Assembly (NCBI GenBank): GCA_037385045.1
Contig: JARRNJ010000007.1
Span: 7,717 to 71,716 of the forward strand
DNA from: Gammaproteobacteria bacterium
GTDB lineage: Bacteria; Pseudomonadota; Gammaproteobacteria; JASBUN01
Direction of reading: 5' to 3'
Length of the DNA: 64,000 nucleotides
Shown here: positions 28,387-37,207 of the stretch, in pieces
Numbering within the stretch: position 1 is the stretch's first letter
Layout: the number at the start of each line of letters is the position of its first letter
Notes under the pieces: model-generated
What the model was told of the DNA's origin: nothing
Databases searched by the model: none
Seen by the model: the letters and a program-made list of their open reading frames with translations, nothing else
Translations under genes and position numbers: made by a program

Positions 28387-28869
28387 CTATTGGGCCCCCG
28401 GCTGTTTGCTGCGGGCCGCACGGTCCTCGTCGGCGCCGGGTGAAAGGAGTTCGATCAGTTCGGATCGGCGGTGTCTGAGCAGGTCTTCGACGGTGAATTC
28501 GTCCAGGGCACGCAACAGCGTATTGAGGCCATGCCGTAGCACGCCGCGCAGGGTGCAGACCGGGCGAATGCAGCATTTGCCGCCGTCGGTACGGAAGCAC
28601 TCCACCAGATCCCAGTTCTCCTCCATCCGGCGCGCCACGTCACCGACATAGATTTCTGTGGCGCTGCGCGCCAAGCGAATGCCGCCCCCTTTGCCACGCT
28701 GGGTATGGACGAATCCGGCCCGGCCCAGACGATGGATCACCTTCATGAGGTGGTTGCGCGAGATGTCGTAGGTGGCCGCGATCTCGCTGATGGTGGCCAG
28801 CCGGCCATCATTCAGCCCCAAGTACATCAGTACGCGCAGGGCGTAATCGGTGGACTGGCTGAAGCGCAT
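28387..28869 (-). CDS. Rrf2-family transcriptional regulator (NsrR/IscR-like, Cys-containing)
   Basis: MRFSQSTDYALRVLMYLG..ISEIAATYDISRNHLMKVIHRLGRAGFV..RGKGGGIRLA. Cys cluster candidates at ECFRTDGGKCCIRPVC. Confidence 0.85.
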   Translation of the reverse strand: MRFSQSTDYALRVLMYLGLNDGRLATISEIAATYDISRNHLMKVIHRLGRAGFVHTQRGKGGGIRLARSATEIYVGDVARRMEENWDLVECFRTDGGKCCIRPVCTLRGVLRHGLNTLLRALDEFTVEDLLRHRRSELIELLSPGADEDRAARSKQPGAQ

Positions 28870-28890
28870 CGCCTGGCCGTCGCCCCGCGT

Positions 28891-29826
28891 TCAGTTGAAA
28901 GCGGCCGCGACTGCCTCTCGCCCGGCGTTCTGCCGGTGATCGACGGCAAAGGCGCGCAGTTCCGTTGCCAGCGCCAGGCTGGCAGCGCTGCGGAATCCTC
29001 CGCGTCGCCAGATCAGGCCCACGGAACAGGGCGCAATCGCGCCCTCGAATCGCAGCCGGCGCAAGGTGCCGTGGGTTGGCACCGCCATCGCCGGCAGAAC
29101 CGTAGCAAGATCCGTTTCCCGCGCCACCCCGAGCAGGCTGTGCACCGAGTCCATTTCCACCAGGACCGGGGGCGAGACTCCTTCGGTGCGGATTGCCTGG
29201 TCCAGCATGCGGCGAATCTGAAAGCGGTCCGGAAGCAACGCCAGCGGGACGTTGGCGAGTTCCTTGACGGGCAGCGCGTCGCATCCGGCGAGGGGGTGGT
29301 TCTGTCCGACCACCAGGACCAGTTCCTCGTCGAACAGATGTTCGGTCTCGAAGCGGTTGCCGTTCTGGCTCACCGGGAGAAATGCCACGCCCAGGTCCAG
29401 GCGTGCATCCTGCACCCCGACTTCAATCTCCCAGGCCGCCAGTTCCTGGGCGTGGATCTGCACCCCCGGATGGGCGCGGACCAGTCTGGCGACCACCTTG
29501 GGCAGCAGGCCGACGCTGATCACCTGCAGACTGCCGATGGTCACCGTGCCCTGGACCAGCTGATTGAGGTCCGACAAGGCGACCCGGGCGTCCTGGATCT
29601 GGCGCAGGACGCTGCGGGCGAAAGGCAGCAACGCCGACCCCGCCACGGACAACCGCGCCCCCTTGGTGTGGCGCTCCACCAGGGAAACTCCCAGCTCGGC
29701 TTCCAGCTTGCGCAGTTGCTGCGACAGACCGGGCTGGGTGATGTGCACCTTGGCCGCCGCTCGCCCCATGTGTTGCTCCTCGGCTACGGCGAGCAGGTAA
29801 CGCAACTGGCGCAATTCCATGGGCAC
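28891..29826 (-). CDS. LysR-family transcriptional regulator, divergent from dsrA
   Basis: MELRQLRYLLAVAEEQHMGRAAAKVHITQPGLSQQLRKLEAELGVSLVER, followed by a LysR substrate-binding domain. Confidence 0.9.
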   Translation of the reverse strand: MPMELRQLRYLLAVAEEQHMGRAAAKVHITQPGLSQQLRKLEAELGVSLVERHTKGARLSVAGSALLPFARSVLRQIQDARVALSDLNQLVQGTVTIGSLQVISVGLLPKVVARLVRAHPGVQIHAQELAAWEIEVGVQDARLDLGVAFLPVSQNGNRFETEHLFDEELVLVVGQNHPLAGCDALPVKELANVPLALLPDRFQIRRMLDQAIRTEGVSPPVLVEMDSVHSLLGVARETDLATVLPAMAVPTHGTLRRLRFEGAIAPCSVGLIWRRGGFRSAASLALATELRAFAVDHRQNAGREAVAAAFN

Positions 29827-29917
29827 TCCATAAGCGTTGGTTTAGAAGACGAAACGAAAACAATCCGTTTGTACCCCACGCGGCATATTTCGGCGTGGCT
29901 CATTTGCCGTTAAATAT

Positions 29918-29940
29918 AACATGTACGATGTATACATGTT
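29918..29940. promoter_or_regulatory. perfect 8-bp inverted repeat AACATGTA-N7-TACATGTT, candidate LysR (T-N11-A type) box
   Basis: Arms at 29918-25 and 29933-40. It lies 18 nt upstream of the dsrA ATG, in the AT-rich part of the lysR-dsrA divergent region. Confidence 0.4.
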
Positions 29941-29957
29941 CATAGAGAGGGTCGACT

Positions 29958-31199
29958 ATGGCGAAGAAAGACTACGAGACACCCAACCTGAGCCAGCTCG
30001 AGGATGGTCCCTGGCCGAGCTTTGTCCAAGGACTCAAGCACTTAGCGGACAAGAACGAAATGATGAACGATCTGGTGGGCCAGCTTGAGCATTCCTATCA
30101 GACCAAGAAGGGCTATTGGAAGGGTGGCACCGTTAGCGTATTCGGCTATGGCGGCGGGATCATTCCCCGATTTTCGGAGGTGGCCGACCGGTTTCCGGCC
30201 TCCCGCGAGTTCCACACCCTGCGGATCATGCCCCCCGCGGGCATGCACTACAACACCGATATCCTGCGTCAGCTGGCTGACATCTGGGACCGGCACGGGT
30301 CCGGCCTGATCGCCTTCCACGGGCAAAGCGGCGACATCATGTTCCAGGGTTGCAGTACCGACGAAGTCCAGAAGGCCTGGGACGAGATCAACGAGATCGG
30401 TTTCGATCTCGGCGGTGCCGGCCCCTCGGTGCGCACTTCCATGTCATGCGTCGGCTCGGCCCGCTGCGAGCACTCCTGCTTCAACGAGCAGCGTGCGCAC
30501 CGGGAGGTGATGAACTCCTTTACCGACGACCTGCACCGTCCGGCGCTGCCATACAAATTCAAGTTCAAGTTTTCCGGTTGTCCGAACGACTGCATGAACT
30601 CCATCCAGCGGGCCGATATGGCCGTCATTGGAACCTGGCGCGACGACATTCAGGTCAAGCAGGACCAGGTGGCCGCATTCATCCAGGAAAAGGGGCGCAA
30701 TTACGTCATCGACAATGTCATCACTCGCTGTCCGACACGCTGCATTTCGCTCAAAGATGACGACACCCTGGAGATCGACAATCATAACTGCGTGCGTTGC
30801 ATGCACTGCATCAATGTGATGACCAAAGCGCTGTCGCCCGGCAAGGATCGCGGCGTGACCGTGCTGGTGGGAGGCAAGCGTACGTTGAAGATCGGTGATC
30901 TGTTCGGCTCGGTCATCATACCGTTTATGAAGCTCGAGTCCGAGGAGGACCATGAGCGACTGGTCGAGCTGGCGTCTGAGATCATCGATTTCTGGGCGGA
31001 AAACGGTCTCGAGCACGAGCGTTGCGGCGAAATGATCGAGCGGATCGGGCTGCAGAACTTTCTCGAGGGGATCGGTGTCGACGTGGATCCAGCGATGGTG
31101 TCCCAGCCGCGCACGAATTCCTTCGTGCGCATGGACATGTGGGAGGAAGAGGCGGAGAAGTGGCGGCAGCGTCAAAGTGCGAAGGCCGGTGGCGGTTGA
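29958..31199 (+). CDS. dsrA: dissimilatory sulfite reductase alpha subunit
   Basis: 413 aa. GPWPSFV, GYWKGGTVSVFGYGGGIIPRFSE, sirohaem/FeS Cys motifs SCVGSARCE and KFSGCPNDC, and ferredoxin insert CPTRCI..CVRCMHCINVM. The C-terminus ENGLEHERCGEMIERIGL is very similar to my recollection of Allochromatium-type DsrA. Confidence 0.9.
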   Translation: MAKKDYETPNLSQLEDGPWPSFVQGLKHLADKNEMMNDLVGQLEHSYQTKKGYWKGGTVSVFGYGGGIIPRFSEVADRFPASREFHTLRIMPPAGMHYNTDILRQLADIWDRHGSGLIAFHGQSGDIMFQGCSTDEVQKAWDEINEIGFDLGGAGPSVRTSMSCVGSARCEHSCFNEQRAHREVMNSFTDDLHRPALPYKFKFKFSGCPNDCMNSIQRADMAVIGTWRDDIQVKQDQVAAFIQEKGRNYVIDNVITRCPTRCISLKDDDTLEIDNHNCVRCMHCINVMTKALSPGKDRGVTVLVGGKRTLKIGDLFGSVIIPFMKLESEEDHERLVELASEIIDFWAENGLEHERCGEMIERIGLQNFLEGIGVDVDPAMVSQPRTNSFVRMDMWEEEAEKWRQRQSAKAGGG

Positions 31200-31247
31200 G
31201 CGCGGCGGTCGTCGGCTCGATTATGGCAGCGAACAGGAGACGTATTT

Positions 31248-32321
31248 ATGAGTACTGAGTTGCGTGCGCCGATCGAAAGCGGCGTCCCCGATCCATTTCA
31301 ATTCATGCACCCGGTGATGCAGCGTAATTTCGGCCAGTGGGCTTGGCACGACCGTCCGCGCCCCGGTGTGCTCCATCATGTATCGGAGCAGGGTGAGGCG
31401 ATCTGGACCGTGCGGGCAGGAACCTGCCGGCAGATGGATACCGACACGATCCGCAAACTGTGTCAGATTGCCGACCAACACGCCGACGGCTTCGTCCGGT
31501 TTACCATCCGCAGCAACATCGAGTTCATGGTGGCCGACGAGGCCAAGGTTGACCCGCTCATCGCCCGGCTCGAACAAGAGGGCTTCCCGGTAGGCGGGAC
31601 CGGCAATTCGGTCTCCACCGTGGCCCATACGCAAGGGTGGCTGCATTGCGACATCCCGGCCAGCGACGCCTCCGGGGTGGTGAAATCCCTCATGGACGAG
31701 CTCTACCATGAATTTACCCATGAGGAGATGCCCAACCGGGTGCGGTTGTCCACTTCCTGCTGCCAGATCAACTGCGGCGGACAAGCCGACATCGCCATCA
31801 ACGTGCAGCACACCAAGCCACCGAAGATCAACCATGACCTGGTGGCGAACGTCTGCGAGCGGCCTTCGGTGGTCGCGCGGTGCCCGGTCGCCGCGATACG
31901 GCCGGCTCTGGTCAACGGTAAGCCGTCTCTCGAAGTGGACGAGAAGAAATGTATCTGCTGCGGCGCCTGCTATCCGCCCTGTCCGCCCATGCAGATCAAT
32001 GACCCCGAGAACTCCAAACTGGCGATCTGGGTGGGAGGCAAGAACTCCAATGCCCGCAGCCGCCCCGCCTACCAGAAGCTGGTGGTCGCCGGCCTGCCCA
32101 ACAATCCGCCGCGTTGGCCGGAAGCCGTCCAGGCGGTTCGTACCATCCTGGATTGCTACAAGAAGGATGCGCACGAGTGGGAGCGTTTGGGCGAGTGGAT
32201 CGATCGGATCGGCTGGTCGCGGTTTTTCGAGCTTACGGGTTTCCCGTTCACGCGTTTTCATATCGACAATTGGCGTGCACACAAGCACGGCTTGAACACG
32301 TCGACGCATATCCGGTTCTGA
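31248..32321 (+). CDS. dsrB: dissimilatory sulfite reductase beta subunit
   Basis: 357 aa. HTQGWLHCDIPASDASG, STSCCQINCGG, ferredoxin domain CPVAAI..CICCGACYPPCP, and the typical tail WRAHKHGLNTSTHIRF. Confidence 0.9.
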   Translation: MSTELRAPIESGVPDPFQFMHPVMQRNFGQWAWHDRPRPGVLHHVSEQGEAIWTVRAGTCRQMDTDTIRKLCQIADQHADGFVRFTIRSNIEFMVADEAKVDPLIARLEQEGFPVGGTGNSVSTVAHTQGWLHCDIPASDASGVVKSLMDELYHEFTHEEMPNRVRLSTSCCQINCGGQADIAINVQHTKPPKINHDLVANVCERPSVVARCPVAAIRPALVNGKPSLEVDEKKCICCGACYPPCPPMQINDPENSKLAIWVGGKNSNARSRPAYQKLVVAGLPNNPPRWPEAVQAVRTILDCYKKDAHEWERLGEWIDRIGWSRFFELTGFPFTRFHIDNWRAHKHGLNTSTHIRF

Positions 32322-32419
32322 GACTCCATAGTGGAGCTGTCAGGGGGTCGGACGACATGTTCATGCTCCTTCATGTCGCCCGGCGCTCCTGACCCTTCTA
32401 ACACAGGCAACATTGCGGG

Positions 32420-33073
32420 GTGACCCTGATGCTCGAGGCGGAGGGCGCCTGTCGGGACCTGTCAGAGGAAGATTTCGTCTACGCCATGAGGGAGATGAGT
32501 ACATATATTGACATTACCGCACAGGACTTGCTGGCGCTGTTTCAACTGGCCTGCAAGTACGCGGACATCCGCCATGCCGAGCGGGTACGAGTAGGCAATG
32601 TCATGACCCGGGACGTCGTCATGATCAGGCCGGATACCTCTCTCGCCGAAGCGGCAAGGAAGCTCCTTCGTCACGGAATAGACGGAATGCCGGTAGTGGA
32701 CTCGGAGCGACGGCCGGTCGGCATGCTTACCGAAGCGGACCTGCTGGCAAACGTCGGCCTGCCGTGCCGCCACCCGAGTTGCCGTCCGTGGCGGAAGCTT
32801 GCCGGGATATTCGCCGCCGAGGTTAGGCGCATGGACGGGCTCGCGGGAACTGTGCGCGAAGCCATGTGGGCCGAACCCGTTACCATCTCCGATACCGCGA
32901 GGCTGCAGGAATTGATCGACTTTATGAAGAAAATGCACGTCAAGCGCGTGATCGTTACTGATGACGAAGGTCGCGTTTCCGGAATCGTGACCCGTTCCAA
33001 TATCGTGCGGGCGTTCGTGGATGCACACCCGGACCCCGGCGACCATGATGTCGACGGATGGCCCGAATGGTGA
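32420..33073 (+). CDS. CBS-pair domain protein
   Basis: Two CBS motifs (VGNVMTRDVVMIRPDTSLAEAARKLLRHGIDGMPVVD; VREAMWAEPVTISDTARLQELIDFMKKMHVKRVIVTD). GTG start at 32420, or ATG at 32429. Confidence 0.8.
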   Translation: MTLMLEAEGACRDLSEEDFVYAMREMSTYIDITAQDLLALFQLACKYADIRHAERVRVGNVMTRDVVMIRPDTSLAEAARKLLRHGIDGMPVVDSERRPVGMLTEADLLANVGLPCRHPSCRPWRKLAGIFAAEVRRMDGLAGTVREAMWAEPVTISDTARLQELIDFMKKMHVKRVIVTDDEGRVSGIVTRSNIVRAFVDAHPDPGDHDVDGWPEW

Positions 33074-33252
33074 GCGAGAACGTAACACAACGAACGAGCA
33101 GGATTGGCGCCTGTCCAAGCCGCCGACCATGACCGGCAACACCAGACTATTTAATGCGACCGCGAATGCGGAAGTCCGCGGCGCAATACACAGGGCGCGC
33201 GCCATGCGCCGTTATTCCGAAGGTCCGAATCTGAACGGCCAGGAGGTAAGCA

Positions 33253-33609
33253 GTGAACGCACGAGTTGAAGATTTCTCCGGTATGGTGCTCAGCGGGGTC
33301 GACGTCTGCCAGGAAGGTTACTTGGTGGATCCGGACGAGTGGACTCCGCAAGTGGCGGTGGAATTCGCACAAGGCTACGGCTTGGAACTCACCGATCAGC
33401 ATTGGGATATTCTCGAGTTCATGCGCCGCTACTACGAAGAGCACAAAGTCGCGGCGGACGCCCGGTTCGTGATCAAGTATCTGGCCGACGATCTGGGCAA
33501 GGGCAGGGCAGCACGAGTCGCGTTGTATCAGTTATTTCCATACGGCTACATGCAGCAGGCCTGCAAGATCGCCGGCATGCGCCGGCCGCGGGCCTGGAGT
33601 ACCGGTTGA
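33253..33609 (+). CDS. DsrC/TusE-family protein lacking the penultimate (CysA) cysteine
   Basis: 118 aa. ..GYLVDPDEWTPQVAVEFAQ..LTDQHWDILEFMRRYYEE..LFPYGYMQQACKIAGMRRPRAWSTG*. The family fold and the CysB position (ACKIAG) are present, but the canonical ..PKPTGCV end is replaced. Confidence 0.85.
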   Translation: MNARVEDFSGMVLSGVDVCQEGYLVDPDEWTPQVAVEFAQGYGLELTDQHWDILEFMRRYYEEHKVAADARFVIKYLADDLGKGRAARVALYQLFPYGYMQQACKIAGMRRPRAWSTG

Positions 33610-34015
33610 CAACGACTCCCATCCATCGCCAAAGCGCGAGGTGTTTTGCTCTGGCGGTAGCCCCGCGGGGACCGGCCGCGGTTGCGCCAGCGGTCGATCG
33701 GCATGTTCAGGCCCGGTTAGCCAATCAATGGTACCCGGCTGAAAATGCTTCGGCCGCGTGTGAGGCCAAAGCGGGCTGATACCCCGGTCAACCGCTTGGG
33801 ACTGTCGAGTCAGGATTTTTTCCGAAACACCTGCGCTAAATCAATAGCGGTTCGGGTCAAGCATGGATTGGCTGCCAAATTAGAGGTATATAGGTAACCT
33901 GATAAAAGCAGGGAACGATTGTAGCTTCATCTTGGAGCGTGCCGGGGAGGCTGGCGGGATTTGTTCGGGGCCGTTGGGTTTGGCGGCTGTTCCGATGGCG
34001 ATAGGTCGAGGTAGC

Positions 34016-34729
34016 ATGGCGGTCGAACCGTCTTTCATCCAGACACAGCATACCTGCGAGCACTGTGTGCTTCGGCAGCTGTTCGTGCGTTCTGGCCTCG
34101 CCGGTGAGCAGATTGCCGCCCTGGGCAACGCCACCATTCGCTGCCATGGCCCTTATCGGCGGGGACAGCATATTTTCCGCGCCGGCGATCAAGTGAAATC
34201 CCTCTACGTGATCACCAGTGGGGCGGTCAAGACCGAAATCACTGCGCCCAGTGGCAGGCAGGTCACAGGCTTTTTCCTGACTGGGGAGTCGTTTGCCGCC
34301 GAGGCCATCGGCCGCGATGTCCTGCCGTTCGATGCGATTGCCCTGCGCAAGACCACGGTATGCGAACTGTCCCGTACCCACCTGGAAGAACTATGTGCGG
34401 AAAACGAGCGGTTGCTGCACGAGGTGCTGCGATTCCTGTCCGAACACATTCGTACCTCCAGCCGCCAATGGATCTCGATGCGCCACCTCAATTCGGAGCA
34501 GCGCGTCATACGCTTCCTTAGGGACTTGCGCCGGCGCATCGCGCTCCGCCAGGGGCATGAGCCGGGCGAAATTCGCCTGCCCATGACCAAGGACGATATT
34601 TCCTGCTTTCTCTCCCTGGCCCCCGAGACCCTGAGCCGGACCCTGACGAAGCTTGCAAAGGGGGGCGTAATCCGCAACACAATGAAAAGCGTCGAACTGC
34701 TCGACCGCGAGGCGATTGAGACTCACTGA
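34016..34729 (+). CDS. Crp/Fnr-family transcriptional regulator
   Basis: cNMP-like beta-roll (FRAGDQVKSLYVITSGAVKT) and C-terminal HTH (MTKDDISCFLSLAPETLSRTLTKLAKGGVI). ATG at 34016. Confidence 0.85.
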   Translation: MAVEPSFIQTQHTCEHCVLRQLFVRSGLAGEQIAALGNATIRCHGPYRRGQHIFRAGDQVKSLYVITSGAVKTEITAPSGRQVTGFFLTGESFAAEAIGRDVLPFDAIALRKTTVCELSRTHLEELCAENERLLHEVLRFLSEHIRTSSRQWISMRHLNSEQRVIRFLRDLRRRIALRQGHEPGEIRLPMTKDDISCFLSLAPETLSRTLTKLAKGGVIRNTMKSVELLDREAIETH

Positions 34730-35062
34730 ACGGGGCTGTAAGCGAGCGAGCACAGTGACCGACTTAAAACAGGCTGCGGTCACACGGGCCTATGCGGGCG
34801 CCGGCTGGACGCCCACGGTCTGCAGGGGCTCTGCAAGCTAGCCAGGCGTTTAGGTTCACGCGCAGCAATCACTGCGCCGCATATGCGTATAATGTATATT
34901 ATGTTAAATGCTAGAACATATCGCAGACGTGCAACCCTAGCAATGGGTCGCCCAATCTCCGGTCTGCCCGCGTCTTGGAATGTGCAAGGCGTTGTCGCAT
35001 GAGTCATCGTTGCGCCTGTGGGCTATATTTTGTCAGCCACCTGAACAATCCGACGGAACGCC

Positions 35063-37033
35063 ATGCGAGTCGCCATGTTAGGACCACCCAGACCTCGTCC
35101 GGTGCGATTGCTCCTGATCAATCCGCGGTTTCCGGAAAGCTTCTGGAGTTTCCGCTGGGCGCTTGAAAACATCCTGCCCCACAAACGGGCAATCAATCCA
35201 CCGCTTGGTTTGGCTACCCTGGCGGCGCTATGTCCGCCGGCCTGGCAGGTGGAAATCATCGACGAGAATATCGAACCCGTCCCGTTGGATCCACAAGCGG
35301 ATATCGTCGGCATCTGCGGCATGGCCGCGCAGTTTCCCCGTCAGCGGGAGTTGATCGAGTACTACCGCCGTCGGGGCCATTACGTTGTGGCGGGAGGCAG
35401 TTTCGCCTCGCTGTGCCCGGAGCGTTACTCCGGCTTGGCCGACACCGTCGTTGCCGGCGAGGCCGAATACATTTGGCCCGCGTTCTGCCGCGAGTTTGAA
35501 CACGGAGCACCCAAAACTCTCTACCAGGAAAACGGCGTGGTCAACCTGGAGGACTCGCCCACGCCGCGCTTCGACCTGTTGAAACTGAACCGATATAACT
35601 CGGTGAGCATGCAATTCTCGCGCGGTTGCCCGTACCGATGCGAATTCTGCGATATCATCGTCATGTTCGGGCGTCGGCCGCGCACCAAGCGTGTCGAGCA
35701 GATCGGCCGCGAACTCGATGTGCTTCGTGCTCACGGGGTCCACGACGTGTTTTTCGTGGACGACAATCTGATCGGCAACAAGAAGCTCGCGAAAGCGCTG
35801 CTGCGCTACATTGATGAGTACCAACAGCGGCACGACTACGTCTTCCGATTCGGCACGGAGGCTTCGATCAACGTGGCCGATGATCCAGCGCTACTGCGGT
35901 TGTTGACGGCCGCGAACTTCACGTGGGTATTCATCGGCATCGAGTCACCCGACGAAGGCAGCTTGCAAGAAGCCAATAAGGATCAGAATACCGGGCGCGA
36001 CCTGCTAACAGCAGTGCGCACCCTCTATCAGAACGGCATCGACGTCCTGGCGGGCTTTATCATCGGTTTTGACAACGATAATTTGGATTCCTTTAGCGCG
36101 CAGTACCGTTTTATCACCGATTCGGGCATTCAGGTCTCAATGGTAGGTCTGCTCACAGCGTTACCGCGTACGCCGCTATATGGGCGTCTGCAACGCGAAG
36201 GCCGGCTAATCGAAGGCGCAGCGCACGGTGACAACACCAAGCCGGACACCAATATTATTCCGAAGCGTATGGGCCGCGAGGAAATGGTTCGGGCTTATCA
36301 GGCGTTGTACCAGCGTTTGTTCACGGACGATGGTATTGCCCGGCGCATCTGCAACAAAGCCGGCTATCTGAAAAATCCCGCCTGCGCACAACGATACGGG
36401 CTGCGCGAAGGTCTGGGCAACGTGCGCAGGCTAATCATGCGCGGATTGCTTGCCGGCGGACCGAAACGGGTGTTTCACTTCGTCCGCACGTTGGTAGCCT
36501 GCCCGCCTCGCGTCTGGCAACAGGTTGTTCAGGACTGGATCGTGGGATTGGCCATGCGCGATTATATCAGGCGCCACTTCATGACCAGTTTGGCTCGGGA
36601 ACGACATCTGACGCAGCGCACGGGCGCGTGGATACGCAAACTATTCGCGACCGAGATACGTCATGGCACGGTCGAAATCGACACCCGTTTGGATGAAGGC
36701 GGTGCGGCCCTGCAGATCATGCTACGCGGGTATACCCGTCGCGCATTCTGCATGCGCACGGTGCGCCGTTTGAACAAACTGCTGCGTCGATCGGCTACCA
36801 CCGTAACATTGCACATCGATTCGCTCGCAGCGAATCAAACGCGGCAACTGAGGCGTCTGCTCAAGCGCTTGGCTCCCTACGGCGATCGTGTCTCGATCTG
36901 GATCGGCGAGCGCGCGCGGCCGCTCGCCCCGACAGTCGACTCTTCGGTGTTTCACCTGCTGCTGACCGTTGATGGTCCCGCGTGTCCGCGCCCGCGTGCC
37001 GGCGATGTGCCTGTCGACGCGACGAGGAGCTGA
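35063..37033 (+). CDS. B12-binding-domain radical SAM protein with long C-terminal extension (DUF4070-like)
   Basis: N-terminal cobalamin-binding-like region (LLINPRFPESFWSF..PLGLATLAA..DIVGICGMA), the radical SAM CxxxCxxC motif (SRGCPYRCEFCD), and a C-terminal extension of about 250 aa. Confidence 0.85.
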   Translation: MRVAMLGPPRPRPVRLLLINPRFPESFWSFRWALENILPHKRAINPPLGLATLAALCPPAWQVEIIDENIEPVPLDPQADIVGICGMAAQFPRQRELIEYYRRRGHYVVAGGSFASLCPERYSGLADTVVAGEAEYIWPAFCREFEHGAPKTLYQENGVVNLEDSPTPRFDLLKLNRYNSVSMQFSRGCPYRCEFCDIIVMFGRRPRTKRVEQIGRELDVLRAHGVHDVFFVDDNLIGNKKLAKALLRYIDEYQQRHDYVFRFGTEASINVADDPALLRLLTAANFTWVFIGIESPDEGSLQEANKDQNTGRDLLTAVRTLYQNGIDVLAGFIIGFDNDNLDSFSAQYRFITDSGIQVSMVGLLTALPRTPLYGRLQREGRLIEGAAHGDNTKPDTNIIPKRMGREEMVRAYQALYQRLFTDDGIARRICNKAGYLKNPACAQRYGLREGLGNVRRLIMRGLLAGGPKRVFHFVRTLVACPPRVWQQVVQDWIVGLAMRDYIRRHFMTSLARERHLTQRTGAWIRKLFATEIRHGTVEIDTRLDEGGAALQIMLRGYTRRAFCMRTVRRLNKLLRRSATTVTLHIDSLAANQTRQLRRLLKRLAPYGDRVSIWIGERARPLAPTVDSSVFHLLLTVDGPACPRPRAGDVPVDATRS

Positions 37034-37175
37034 GTCCGGCACCTCAGCCAGGGTATTGTGCCCGCGGCAAAGACCAACTCCGCTCCCGACGCGATACCAC
37101 CGGGCGACAACTCACGGCGAACTCACCCGCCACGCCGGTCGGGCCAAATACCGACGATGCCTAGGTGCCAAATTG

Positions 37176-37201
37176 AATGGGTATACTGTCCCCGGAATAC
37201 C
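37176..37201 (+). repeat. 26-nt repeat unit aatgggtatactgtccccggaatacc, copy A
   Basis: Identical over 26 nt to 39053-39078. Lies 7 nt downstream of the anti-sigma gene stop (37208). Confidence 0.9.
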
Positions 37202-37207
37202 CGCAAC

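Noticed and set aside
33585-33779. A frameshift that would restore a canonical DsrC ..PTGCV terminus
   Set aside because: I translated the other two frames downstream of ACKIAG and neither gives a DsrC-like ending. The altered tail therefore appears genuine in this sequence.
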